A DNA stretch of 64,000 nucleotides from an uncultured Spirochaetaceae bacterium (GTDB lineage: Bacteria > Spirochaetota > Spirochaetia > SZUA-6 > DRHE01). A model generated the notes under the pieces. The model was not told the origin of the DNA and searched no databases. It worked only from the letters and a program-made list of their open reading frames with translations. Location of the stretch: assembly GCA_964588525.1 (NCBI GenBank), contig CAZPQC010000001.1, positions 25,238 through 89,237 on the forward strand, written 5' to 3'. Made by a program: the position numbers and the translations under genes. This document shows positions 27,618 to 36,962 of the stretch, in pieces (within the stretch, counting starts at the first letter, position 1; each line of letters begins with the position of its first letter).

Positions 27618-28322
27618 TCAACTCCCCCGGCCCAGTCTCAACAGGGGCAGGAGAACGATCCCCAGAAAATCCTGGAGAAAATGCATTGTCATCGGAGCGA
27701 TCAGGTTGCCCCGCCACCTGTACACCAGGGCAAAGGACAACCCCAACGCACCCACGGTGATGACACCCGCCGCTCCTTCGTAGCCGTGGCCGAGGGAAAA
27801 AATAACCGAGGAAAGCACAGCGGCGGGCAGCCAGTGTTTGGTGACTCGCTGCAAACGGTTTATCAGATAACCTCGGAAAATCGTCTCCTCCGACACGGCC
27901 ACGATCACGACCAGGGCTCCGGCCAGCAGGAACTCTCCGGCGCCGTTGGCTGCAAGGGCCGAGGGCAGCGGGGTGGCGGGAACGCTGAATCCGATCTTCT
28001 GCAGGGTCCGTTCGACCAAAGCTGTCAGGAAAAAAACCGGCACGAACAGAATCGCCCCGATCAGCACCTCGACGGCGGTGCCGGAGACCTTCCAGCCGAT
28101 CTCGGTGAGCTTCTCGCCATTGCACCAGACGAAATAGAGTATCAGACAGACCAGGGAAAGGTCCCTCAAAATGCTGGAAACCGCAGTAACGACGAAGCTC
28201 ATATCTCCCTGCTTCACCACCAGGAAGGACAGCGCCATGGACGGCACTATGAGAAAAAGAAACACGAGAACTTCGAATAAGTGTTTCCTGCGTTCTGAAT
28301 TTACACGGCTGGATTGCCTCAT
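27618..28322 (-). CDS. CPBP-family (CAAX-type) intramembrane metalloprotease
   Basis: SEETIFRGYL, FSLGHG and MTMHFLQD motifs in a polytopic protein. ATGA overlap with the upstream kinase gene. Confidence 0.85.
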   Translation of the reverse strand: MRQSSRVNSERRKHLFEVLVFLFLIVPSMALSFLVVKQGDMSFVVTAVSSILRDLSLVCLILYFVWCNGEKLTEIGWKVSGTAVEVLIGAILFVPVFFLTALVERTLQKIGFSVPATPLPSALAANGAGEFLLAGALVVIVAVSEETIFRGYLINRLQRVTKHWLPAAVLSSVIFSLGHGYEGAAGVITVGALGLSFALVYRWRGNLIAPMTMHFLQDFLGIVLLPLLRLGRGS

Positions 28323-29872
28323 GTCTGCAACTCCTCGGCCGAAGTCCTTCCTTCAACCCTGCATCGGGTGGCGGCCGGACGCGGCACGGTGAAAAAGAAG
28401 CAGCTGCCTTTGCCGGGTTCGCTTTCCACCCAGATCCTTCCGCCGTTTTTTTCCACCAGCTCTCGACACAGAATCAGCCCTAGGCCGTGGCCGCTTTCCC
28501 CCGCCGTACCCTCCTTGGAGAAATGCTTCTTGGTTTGGAACAGCTTTCGGCGGCTCTCCGGATCGAGCCCGGTCCCGGTATCCTTCACCGACAGGCGCAC
28601 GAAATCACCCTGGATATCCGCTTCCAGACTCACCTCTCCACCCTGCGAGGTGAATTTGAGCGCATTGTTCAACAGATTACGCAGCACCGTCGACAGCATT
28701 TCCCGGTCGGCCAAGACGGCCAGCCGGGGCTCGATTCTAGAGCGCAGATCGATGCCTTTGGTCTCGGCTGAGCCGGAACACTGGGCAAGGTTCAATTCCA
28801 CCAACTCCTGTAGATCCACCACCTGTGGTTGAAAAGCCGTGCCTTCGGTTTGCGCTCTCCCCCAGGCAAGCAGCGTTTCCATGAGCTCGAGGCTCTGATT
28901 GAGCGTCGACAGTATCCGCGAAGAAAACATCCTGCGATCTCTGTCATCCAGCTCATCGTAGCGATGCGCCATCAGCTCAGAGAACATCTTGACCCCGCCG
29001 ATGGGATTGCGCAGATCGTGAGCTATGATCGAAACCAGCCTGTCCTTTGCCTTGTTGGCTTCCCGCAGCGATCGTTCTCTGGATAAAAGCTGCCGGCGTG
29101 CACTTTTGAGGTCCTCGATCATCTTCAGCTGGTTTTGAACCTGGATGACGATCAGTGCCTTGTAGGTCAGAAAGAAGGCGGCCAGCTTCAGATAGTGGCC
29201 GAGCAGATTGAACACCCCGTAGCTGAATATATACAATGTAAACAGGAGTTCACTGATAATGGTCAGTGCAATCGCCAGAGCCAATCGGATGCGCACCCGC
29301 CTCTCCGGGGCATCTCCGTGCGTCACCAGCAAAACAAGGGAGGCGGCCATCACGGACGAGATCACATATTCGCTGATGCGCTTGAACGGTGTAACCCCGA
29401 CACCTTCCACGAAGCAGGTAGGGAACAGATCAAGCGGGAAGATCAGCACCAGCAGAAGAATCGAAGCTCCCCCGAATGCGGCGAAAATCAGCGTGAAGGA
29501 GATGGCTTTTCGCAAACGATAGCTGGCCACGAACAACAGGAGTGTCCCTGCCTGAATGAAGCGGGCGGCGATCCACAACTTGGTCGCGTGGTCACCGCCC
29601 TCGGGGAAAACACCCATGCCGTGGTAGGTCAACGTATGAAAAAGATCCAGAACCGCGGTGCACAGGTAGCCGATCCCTAGGTAGGTGAGGTTTCGGGTTT
29701 CCGGTGATTCCCGGGCACTCCAGGCGAGCATAAAGACTCCGGCGGCGATCACGATGCTGAAGATCTCCACCAGACTGTGGAAGAGCAGGTAGCTGTGCAG
29801 GCTGGCTACATAGAGGAGGCCTGCACTACCCGCAACTATCAATCCCGGACCCAGTGCCCTGGTTTGCACCAT
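28319..29872 (-). CDS. Sensor histidine kinase with a polytopic MASE3-like N-terminal sensor
   Basis: ~240 aa of TM helices (LFHSLVEIFSIVIA, LFHTLTYHGMG), then HisKA (SIIAHDLRNPIGG) and HATPase_c (GHGLGLILCRELVEKNGGRIWVESEPGKGSCFFF). Confidence 0.85.
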   Translation of the reverse strand: MVQTRALGPGLIVAGSAGLLYVASLHSYLLFHSLVEIFSIVIAAGVFMLAWSARESPETRNLTYLGIGYLCTAVLDLFHTLTYHGMGVFPEGGDHATKLWIAARFIQAGTLLLFVASYRLRKAISFTLIFAAFGGASILLLVLIFPLDLFPTCFVEGVGVTPFKRISEYVISSVMAASLVLLVTHGDAPERRVRIRLALAIALTIISELLFTLYIFSYGVFNLLGHYLKLAAFFLTYKALIVIQVQNQLKMIEDLKSARRQLLSRERSLREANKAKDRLVSIIAHDLRNPIGGVKMFSELMAHRYDELDDRDRRMFSSRILSTLNQSLELMETLLAWGRAQTEGTAFQPQVVDLQELVELNLAQCSGSAETKGIDLRSRIEPRLAVLADREMLSTVLRNLLNNALKFTSQGGEVSLEADIQGDFVRLSVKDTGTGLDPESRRKLFQTKKHFSKEGTAGESGHGLGLILCRELVEKNGGRIWVESEPGKGSCFFFTVPRPAATRCRVEGRTSAEELQT

Positions 29873-29978
29873 GAGTCATTATACATTCCCGCTGGAAAAA
29901 ATACAGTTTACGCGCGGTGGTCCGGACAACTATCTCCTCCACCGTCGCGGGCTCTCGGTATGGACGGCCGGCCAACCC

Positions 29979-30662
29979 TTATCCGTTGCCGGCTCCGCCT
30001 GGCGATTGAACCTCTGCAGCGGCGCGCAACATGCCACGGGCCATCAAAACACAACCTGCGGTGATCAGAAGTCCGACTGCAATTCGAATTGGCTGGAAGA
30101 GTGGAGCCCCCTGAAGCTGCGGAATGTAGACCGAGAATCCAACCGCAATCGGAAGACCGCTCCATTTAGGCAATATCCTCGACTTCCAGACTGCCGTGGC
30201 GAGCACGATCATGGCAGCGGCGATCGTCAACAGCCCTGATCCGATGAAAATGAGCCCGGGCCCGAAGCGGACCGAGTTCACCAGAGGAAGCAGATCCGTG
30301 CTGTTTTGCGTGAAGGCCGCACGGCCGATAACCTGCAGCCCAAAGGTCTCGGCCCCAAAGAATGGAAGCGTCAGGCCGGTGCCGATCCAGCAAAGAATCA
30401 AGGCAAGGAAGGCGCGGGGTTCGAGCTCCGTCGGCCTTAACAGAAGATATACTCCAAGCAATCCCAAAGACAGCAGAATGAACCCTCCCATGCCCAGGGC
30501 GTGAGCTATCACCCACCGGGCCGAGGCGAACTGGGAAGCCCCTTCGAGCGTTGATTCATCAAAAAATGGTCGAATCACTGGAAACAGAGTAAGGAAGACA
30601 CCGGAAAGAACCATAAATATAGCACCCAGGCGAGCGCGGGACACGCTACCGGATTTTTTCAT
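29979..30662 (-). CDS. Integral membrane protein, unknown function
   Basis: 227-aa ORF with ~6 hydrophobic spans. No family recognised. Confidence 0.55.
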   Translation of the reverse strand: MKKSGSVSRARLGAIFMVLSGVFLTLFPVIRPFFDESTLEGASQFASARWVIAHALGMGGFILLSLGLLGVYLLLRPTELEPRAFLALILCWIGTGLTLPFFGAETFGLQVIGRAAFTQNSTDLLPLVNSVRFGPGLIFIGSGLLTIAAAMIVLATAVWKSRILPKWSGLPIAVGFSVYIPQLQGAPLFQPIRIAVGLLITAGCVLMARGMLRAAAEVQSPGGAGNG

Positions 30663-30837
30663 AACAAACCTCCTGTCTTTTCAAGATCGCGCTTTTGAAT
30701 TGCTCCGGCCTTTCCGGACCAGTGCACCCTTGAAATGCCCGCGGTATATCATGCCCGACACTCGGCCGACGATTTGACGGCTTTTCCTTTCCTCGGGGAT
30801 TGGGCATGCTGTTGACCAATCCGAAACGACTGCCGAT

Positions 30838-31449
30838 TTGACAATCCACTTTGGTAATATTACTGCAAAAGTAATATATAAGCCAAGTGCAACTCCGGCA
30901 ATTCCTGCTTCAAACCTGGAGAATGGGTTGACTCTTGCCGCTGTTCACGGGCGTATCGAAGGCGCAAAGTTGATCTACAATCGATGGAGGGCATTGATAC
31001 TGTTGGCGGTCACGCCGGTCCTGTCGACGTCGACCTGGTTCTCGGCCCCGGCGATAATCCCGCAATTACGAGGGGCCTGGGAGCTGTCTACCGCCTCGGC
31101 GGCCTGGCTGACGATCGCCGTTCAACTCGGGTTTGTCTGCGGGGCGTTGATATCCAGTTTGCTGAATCCGGCGGACGTCATGTCTCCCCGGCATGTAATT
31201 TTCATCGGAGCCTTCGGTGCGGCGATTGCCAATACGTTGTTGGCCGTGGCCGGCGGGGCGGCTCTCGGCATTCCTCTACGTTTTGCCACGGGATTCTTCC
31301 TTGCCGGGGTGTACCGCCCGGCATTCAAGCTCATGTCCACCTGGTTTCGGGAAGGTCGTGGGCTCGCCCTCGGCGTATTGGCCGCGGCGATCGTCGTCGG
31401 CAATGGAATGCCTCACCTCGTCAAGGGATTGGGCGGTTTGGATTGTTAA
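30838..31449 (+). pseudogene. 5' fragment of an MFS transporter gene (about TM1-5 only)
   Basis: WLTIAVQLGFVCGALISSLLNPADVMSPR ... RFATGFFLAGVYRPAFKLMSTWFREGRGLALGV is an MFS N-terminal half. The ORF stops after about 5 TMs, overlapping the 3' end of the convergent MFS gene by 29 nt. The true start is probably near 30970. Confidence 0.6.
30854..30877. promoter_or_regulatory. Operator-like AT-rich repeat/palindrome (GTAATATTAC ... GTAATAT), adjacent to a TTGACA at 30838
   Basis: 10-bp perfect palindrome at 30854-30863. ATATTACT-N5-AGTAATAT is an 8-bp inverted repeat. The 7-mer GTAATAT is repeated 17 nt apart. Confidence 0.4.
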
Positions 31450-32719
31450 CAGTCTCTCTGGCGAAGCGCAGGATCCCCAAGGCGGCCGAGGCGAGCAGAG
31501 CTGCACCGATGTAGAAGGGAAGATGGATGTCGAGGGCCCCGAGAAAGCCCGCAATCAACGGCCCCACGGCGATTCCCAGACCGAAGCCCATGGTCACGAT
31601 GCTGGCCGTTCGCCCCTCCCGGCCAGGTTCGGAAAGGTCCCCCGCCATGGCGAAGGCGGGTGCTGCAATCGACGCCGCTCCCAACCCCTGGAGGAGCTGC
31701 AGGCCCACGAGGGCCGAAGTGGAGCCGGCGAAACTCAAGCCGACCGTCACCGGGGTCATCAACAGCAGCCCGACTACGATCAGCGGTTTTCGGCCGATCC
31801 GGTCGGAGAGTCTGCCCAGGGGGATTTGAAAGACCAGACGGCTTATCATCATGGCGCTGAAGGCAAAGCCGAAGGCGGAGGCGCTCTGGCCGATCCGGGA
31901 ATTGATCTGGTTTTCCAGGGTGGTGATCATGCTGAAAGCAATGGCCATGGTCAATGTGGCGAATCCTGCGACAGCGATCGTCGGGCTGATGAGCGAAAGA
32001 TCGATGATCCGGCTCTTGGAATTTGAGGGCGCCTCTGGAGGGTTATCCGCGTGGCCTCGGGATTCCACGTCCACCTCCGAGCCACCTACGCGGCGTGCCT
32101 GCGGGAGCCGTTTCCGCGACCGGGGATCATCATCCTTGACGAATCTCAGGACCATCAGGAATCCCAGGAAAATAAAGGCACCTCCTGTGAAGAACGAGGC
32201 GTTGAAGCTGAGGTGATCGTACATAAGACCGCCGAGGAGGGGCCCGATGGAAAAACCCGCCATCCTCAAGGTGGTGTACACCCCCATAGACGCGCCGCGG
32301 GATTCAGGGCGGGTATTCTTGGCCATAAGGGCGAGGGAAGCCGGAACGGTCAAGGCCAGCCCGACTCCCTGAAACCCACGCAGAAACAGGAGGTCGATAA
32401 AGCGGACGGCCAGGGCAAAGCCAAGGGTTGCCGCCGCCATCACAGCCAGACCGAACAGCACCAGGGGCTTCTGGCGGCCCAACCGATCGCCAACTCCCCC
32501 CATAACCGGCTGGAGCAAGGCGTTGATCAAGCCGTAAATGGAAATCAGGAGTCCCACGCGAACCACCGTCGGCAGCGACAGAACCGGTGCGGGCAGCCTG
32601 GCCACGAACAGGGGAATGACCACGAACAGGATGCTGTTGCCCAGGGCGTCGCCGAAGCGCGCAACAGCCAGGGCCAGAACCGTATCGTTTACCCCGAGTT
32701 TCTCCCGAAAGCTGCTCAT
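31421..32719 (-). CDS. MFS transporter (12-TM, DHA1-like) with a long hydrophilic central loop
   Basis: 432-aa ORF with MFS loop motifs (GGVGDRLGRQKP, GRLSDRIGRKP). Confidence 0.8.
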   Translation of the reverse strand: MSSFREKLGVNDTVLALAVARFGDALGNSILFVVIPLFVARLPAPVLSLPTVVRVGLLISIYGLINALLQPVMGGVGDRLGRQKPLVLFGLAVMAAATLGFALAVRFIDLLFLRGFQGVGLALTVPASLALMAKNTRPESRGASMGVYTTLRMAGFSIGPLLGGLMYDHLSFNASFFTGGAFIFLGFLMVLRFVKDDDPRSRKRLPQARRVGGSEVDVESRGHADNPPEAPSNSKSRIIDLSLISPTIAVAGFATLTMAIAFSMITTLENQINSRIGQSASAFGFAFSAMMISRLVFQIPLGRLSDRIGRKPLIVVGLLLMTPVTVGLSFAGSTSALVGLQLLQGLGAASIAAPAFAMAGDLSEPGREGRTASIVTMGFGLGIAVGPLIAGFLGALDIHLPFYIGAALLASAALGILRFARETVNNPNRPIP

Positions 32720-32722
32720 GGA

Positions 32723-33814
32723 TTAGAAGATACACCGGAGTGAGCCGGGGGCGTCCAATCCGGAGGTCTTGGATACCTTGCGCTCCCCCTTTCCCTTCAG
32801 CCACCAGGCAGCCGCAAACAGGACAAAGCTCAAGGCGGCGATCACGAGATAACTCCTGCCGTAGCCGCTCACGCCCCCGCCCAGGGAGGCGGCAACGGCA
32901 CTCACCGCAGAGGCCCCAATCAGCTGGCCCACGCTCGTGTTGACGGCAAGCACCCCCTGGGCGGCGGAACGATCCTGAGGCCCCGCCTCTTGGAACATGA
33001 TGTAGCGAAGCGGCGCCCCCAGCAGGGAGGACAGCCCCAGGCCGATGATCACCCCCGCGGTGATGAACAAAGCCAGCGAGCCGGCAGAGAAGCCCAGGAG
33101 CGACAGTCCGGCGGTGAGCAGGAGAGTTCCGCTGATGATCACCGGCTTGGCACCGATATGATCCAGCAGCCGTCCTGCCACCGGCGAGGCAAGGGCCGCT
33201 GCCAGGACGACCATGCCGGCCCAGTCGAATGCGGCCCGCTCGGAACCTCTCTGCCCGGGCAAAACCCGCAGACCGAGCACAGCTACGGCGGCGGTAACGG
33301 GGAGATTGATCAGGAACAGCCATTGCCAGCCAAAGCGCAGCAGTAGCCCCCCGAAGACCGGCCCGATGATGAAGGCCAGACCGAACACCGCCCCAATCAA
33401 GCCCAGGGCTCCGCCCCGTTTCTCCTCCGGAAAGGTGTCACCGACCACAGCGCTGGCAACCGGGAAAATGCCGCCGGCTCCGAAGCCCTGTATAGCGCGG
33501 CCGGCCAGCAGCACCTCGAAGCGCGGAGACAGGGCGACGGCCAGAGAACCGACGCCGAACAGCAGGACGTCTACCACGTAGATTTCACGGCGGCTGCGCC
33601 GATCGGCGAGCTTGGTCATCAGGGGCGTGCCCACCAAAAAGAACAGCACATACATGCTGAACACCCAGGACAGGGAGCGATCCCCGACGGAGAAGAAGCG
33701 CTGAATGGCCGGCAGAGCCGGTCCGACTACGGCGATATCCAGGGCCCCCATCAATACGCCGACGAACAGTACGGTGAGAATCCGGTTTCTGGTTTTTGCA
33801 TCGTCGATCTGCAT
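32723..33814 (-). CDS. DHA2-like MFS transporter carrying an apparent in-frame internal deletion (possible pseudogene)
   Basis: TM1-6 are DHA2-like (ALDIAVVGPALP, LADRRSRR, WQWLFLINLP, FDWAGMVVL). The TM7 start then joins directly to SPVAGRLLDHIGAKP, the loop normally found after TM10. 363 aa versus about 470-510 expected. Confidence 0.6.
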   Translation of the reverse strand: MQIDDAKTRNRILTVLFVGVLMGALDIAVVGPALPAIQRFFSVGDRSLSWVFSMYVLFFLVGTPLMTKLADRRSRREIYVVDVLLFGVGSLAVALSPRFEVLLAGRAIQGFGAGGIFPVASAVVGDTFPEEKRGGALGLIGAVFGLAFIIGPVFGGLLLRFGWQWLFLINLPVTAAVAVLGLRVLPGQRGSERAAFDWAGMVVLAAALASPVAGRLLDHIGAKPVIISGTLLLTAGLSLLGFSAGSLALFITAGVIIGLGLSSLLGAPLRYIMFQEAGPQDRSAAQGVLAVNTSVGQLIGASAVSAVAASLGGGVSGYGRSYLVIAALSFVLFAAAWWLKGKGERKVSKTSGLDAPGSLRCIF

Positions 33815-33866
33815 GGCTATGTCAACAAGGGTACTGATTATCAGTTCGGCTGGGCAACCGGCAGGG

Positions 33867-33885
33867 ATAACCTGAACAGGTTATT
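33867..33885. promoter_or_regulatory. Second copy of the 19-mer ATAACCYGAACAGGTTATT, in the divergent MFS/M16 intergenic region
   Basis: ATAACCTGAACAGGTTATT versus ATAACCCGAACAGGTTATT at 18933-18951 (18/19 identical, same orientation). Confidence 0.5.
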
Positions 33886-33947
33886 TGCGACTCCGTCGAG
33901 AAGCGGTAGGTTTGCCACAAACAATGCCATCCGGCGAGAGGTGGACA

Positions 33948-36650
33948 ATGAACACAATCACAAGAACCATTCGCGGTAGAACATGGGCCGGTGCCACAGC
34001 CGGCGTCGTGGCGGGGATCCTGCTCCTGTGCGCGCAGCTGCTCTCGGCTCAAAGCCGAAACCCAGAGCCGGAAACACTGCGGGCAACCCTTGAAAACGGC
34101 CTGCGGGTGGTGATCGTTCCCAACAGCCTGGCTCCGGTTGCGACCACGATGGTCAACTACCTGGTCGGCGCCAACGAAACTCCCGCAGGATTTCCCGGCA
34201 TGGCTCACGCGGAGGAGCACATGATGTTCAGGGGCAGTCCCGGTCTATCCGCGGATGAGCTGGCTGCGGTTACCGCGGCCATGGGCGGGAGCTTCAACGC
34301 CAACACCCAGCAGACCGTCACCCAGTACCACTTCACAGTGCCCTCGGAGGACCTGGACGTAGCCCTCCACATCGAATCCCTGCGCATGAGCGGCATCCTC
34401 GACACCGAAGAGCTTTGGCAGAAGGAGAGGGGGGCTATCGAACAGGAGGTGGCCCAGGACCTCTCCAATCCCGAGTATATCATGTTTACCCGCCTGCTCT
34501 CGGCTCTATTCAACGGAACGGTGTACGCCCACGACGCATTGGGAACGCGGCAGTCATTCGAACAGACGACCGCCGGGATGCTCAAAAACTTCTACGATTC
34601 CTGGTACGCACCCAACAACGCCATCCTGGTGGTGGTCGGCGACCTCGATCCCCCGGCGGTACTGAAGCGGGTGAAGGAGCTGTTCGGCCCGATCCGGGCG
34701 CGCAAGGTTCCCACGCATCCCGCCGTTCAATTCGGGCCCATAGAGCAGAAAGCGCTGGAGATGACCACTAGCCGTCCCTACGCCATGGAGCTGATCGCCT
34801 TCCGTCTGCCCGGGTCAGCCGATCCGGATTACCCGGCCACGCGGGTGCTGTCCGACGCACTCTCCAGCCGCCGCGGACCTCTGTACGAGCTGGTGGTGAA
34901 GGGGCAGGCCCTGTTTGCCGGATTCTCCCTGAATGAGATGCCGGCGGTCAGCCTCGGCTTTGTCGCAGCCGCTCTGCCGGCCGGCGGGGATACAGAGACC
35001 CTTCTGAAGACTCTTCGGCAGGTGATCTCCGACGTGCGGGAACGCGGCGTCGATCCCGACCTGGTGGCGGCCGCGGTCAGACGAGAAGTAGCCGCGGCGG
35101 AGTTTCAGAAGAACTCGATCCCGGGCCTGGCCATGGCCTGGTCTCAGGCACTGGCCGTCGACGGACTGCGCTCCCCCGAGGAGGCCGTCCGCGCCCTGGC
35201 CGCGGTAACCGCCGCGGAGGTGAACGCGGCGGCCGCACGCTACCTTGATCTGGAGCGGGCCGTGACCGCCGTGCTGACCCCGGAGCCTTCGGGGGCTCCG
35301 GTAGCGACCGAGGGATTTCAGGGTGGCGAGTCCTTCTCCTCCGTTCCCCACGGTCCGGTCACGCTGCCCGACTGGGCGGAGCAGGCGCTGAGCCGGCTTT
35401 CGCTTCCCGACTGGACGATCCATCCGGAGGTGACCACACTGGCCAACGGTCTGACCGTGATCGTCCAGCAGGAGACGATCAGCAACACGGTGAGCCTTTA
35501 CGGCCATATCGAGGCCAATCCCTACCTGCAGACACCTGCCGGGCTGGAGGGGGTTGCCTCCCTCACCGACGACCTGTTCTCCTTCGGTACCACCTCCCTG
35601 GACCGGAGGGCGTTCCAGAAGGCCGTGGATGACATCGGTGCCTCGGTTTCCGCCGGTTCGGATTTCTCTCTCCACGTGCTAACCGACCAGTTCGAGCGGG
35701 GCGTCGAGCTTCTGGCTGACAACCAGCTACAGCCGGCCTTTCCCCGGGAGGCGTTCCGGATCCTCCAGCGTCAACAGGCTTCCGCGCTGGCCGGACAACT
35801 GCAGAGCCCCGGCTACCTGGCGGGTCGGGCGCTGGATGAGGCTCTGCTGCCCGCCGGCGACCCCGCCCTCCGCCAGGCCACACCCGACACGATCGACGCC
35901 CTTACCCTGGAGGACGTGCGCAGCTACTACGAAACTGCTTTCAGACCGGATCTGACCACCATAGTGGTCGTGGGCAATATCAGCCCGCAGCTGGCCCGGC
36001 GCACGATTGACCGGTACTTTTCCTCCTGGCAGGCGCATGGGACCAAGCCAGAAGTGCTTCTGCCCCCCGTGCCGGCGAACGGACCGGCAAACCTGAACGT
36101 ACCGGATTCGAGCCGTGTACAGGATGCCGTGACCCTGGCCGAAACCATTTCGCTCACACCGGACAACCCGGACCACTATGCCCTGGAGCTGGGAAACCAC
36201 GTGCTCGGCGGGGCGTTCTACGCCACCCGGTTATACCGAGACCTGCGGGAAACCGAGGGTCTGGTGTATCATGTCTCCTCCGCCTTCGACTTCGGCAGGA
36301 CCCGCTCCACCTACTCGGTTGAGTTCGCCTGCGCCCCGGAGAACGTTTCCCGTGTCAGAGGCATCGTGATCAGGAATCTGAGGGCCATGCAGTCCCAGCC
36401 GGTGAGCACTCCGGAGCTCCGCCAGGCCAAGGCCCTGCTGCTGAGGGAGATTCCCTTGAGCCAGGGCAGCATAGGCGGCATCGCCGGACAGCTTTTATAT
36501 CTGGCCGGCCGCGACCTTCCCCTGGACGAGCCGCTCAGGGCTGCCAGAACCTACCTCTCCCTGACTGCGGCGGACGTGCAGAAGGCGTTCGCAGAGTGGC
36601 TCCGGGTCGCCGACCTGGTGCAGGTCGTTCGAGGGCCGAACCCGCAGTGA
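33948..36650 (+). CDS. Secreted tandem M16 (pitrilysin-family) zinc peptidase
   Basis: Start set at MNTITRTIRGRTWAGATAGVVAGILLLCAQLLSAQ (signal peptide; GAGAGGTGG RBS). HxxEH motif in MAHAEEHMMFRG. About 900 aa, i.e. two M16 active/inactive domain pairs. Confidence 0.85.
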   Translation: MNTITRTIRGRTWAGATAGVVAGILLLCAQLLSAQSRNPEPETLRATLENGLRVVIVPNSLAPVATTMVNYLVGANETPAGFPGMAHAEEHMMFRGSPGLSADELAAVTAAMGGSFNANTQQTVTQYHFTVPSEDLDVALHIESLRMSGILDTEELWQKERGAIEQEVAQDLSNPEYIMFTRLLSALFNGTVYAHDALGTRQSFEQTTAGMLKNFYDSWYAPNNAILVVVGDLDPPAVLKRVKELFGPIRARKVPTHPAVQFGPIEQKALEMTTSRPYAMELIAFRLPGSADPDYPATRVLSDALSSRRGPLYELVVKGQALFAGFSLNEMPAVSLGFVAAALPAGGDTETLLKTLRQVISDVRERGVDPDLVAAAVRREVAAAEFQKNSIPGLAMAWSQALAVDGLRSPEEAVRALAAVTAAEVNAAAARYLDLERAVTAVLTPEPSGAPVATEGFQGGESFSSVPHGPVTLPDWAEQALSRLSLPDWTIHPEVTTLANGLTVIVQQETISNTVSLYGHIEANPYLQTPAGLEGVASLTDDLFSFGTTSLDRRAFQKAVDDIGASVSAGSDFSLHVLTDQFERGVELLADNQLQPAFPREAFRILQRQQASALAGQLQSPGYLAGRALDEALLPAGDPALRQATPDTIDALTLEDVRSYYETAFRPDLTTIVVVGNISPQLARRTIDRYFSSWQAHGTKPEVLLPPVPANGPANLNVPDSSRVQDAVTLAETISLTPDNPDHYALELGNHVLGGAFYATRLYRDLRETEGLVYHVSSAFDFGRTRSTYSVEFACAPENVSRVRGIVIRNLRAMQSQPVSTPELRQAKALLLREIPLSQGSIGGIAGQLLYLAGRDLPLDEPLRAARTYLSLTAADVQKAFAEWLRVADLVQVVRGPNPQ

Positions 36651-36962
36651 TCGCCGCGGGAGCCTCTTCAGCGACTTCTCCGTATTTGTGCACGCTCAGG
36701 TGCTGCAGCTCTACGTGGGGCTGAAACTCCCTCAGCACCTTGTCTTCGGCCAGGGAGGATTTCTGATGGCCGGAAAGAAGCGGGAAACACTGTCCCAATC
36801 ATCAACTAAGAGAGTTATCCGACCATCAACCTAAACAGCTTATTGTTCCCAAATTTTTTGGTTAGTTGTACTGTGGGAATATGGTATCGGGCCGTCACGG
36901 CCCCACGAGCACATCATAACCCCTTTTTTTCCCTGAAATACTCCAAAGAGTTTATTGAGCCG

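Noticed and set aside
36535-36798. Minus-strand 87-aa ORF downstream of the M16 peptidase, containing an R-x4-H string that briefly suggested a HEPN-like toxin relic.
   Set aside because: It overlaps the convergent peptidase gene by about 115 nt, lacks an RBS and does not match the HEPN/HepT context (RNxxxHxY). Considered spurious.
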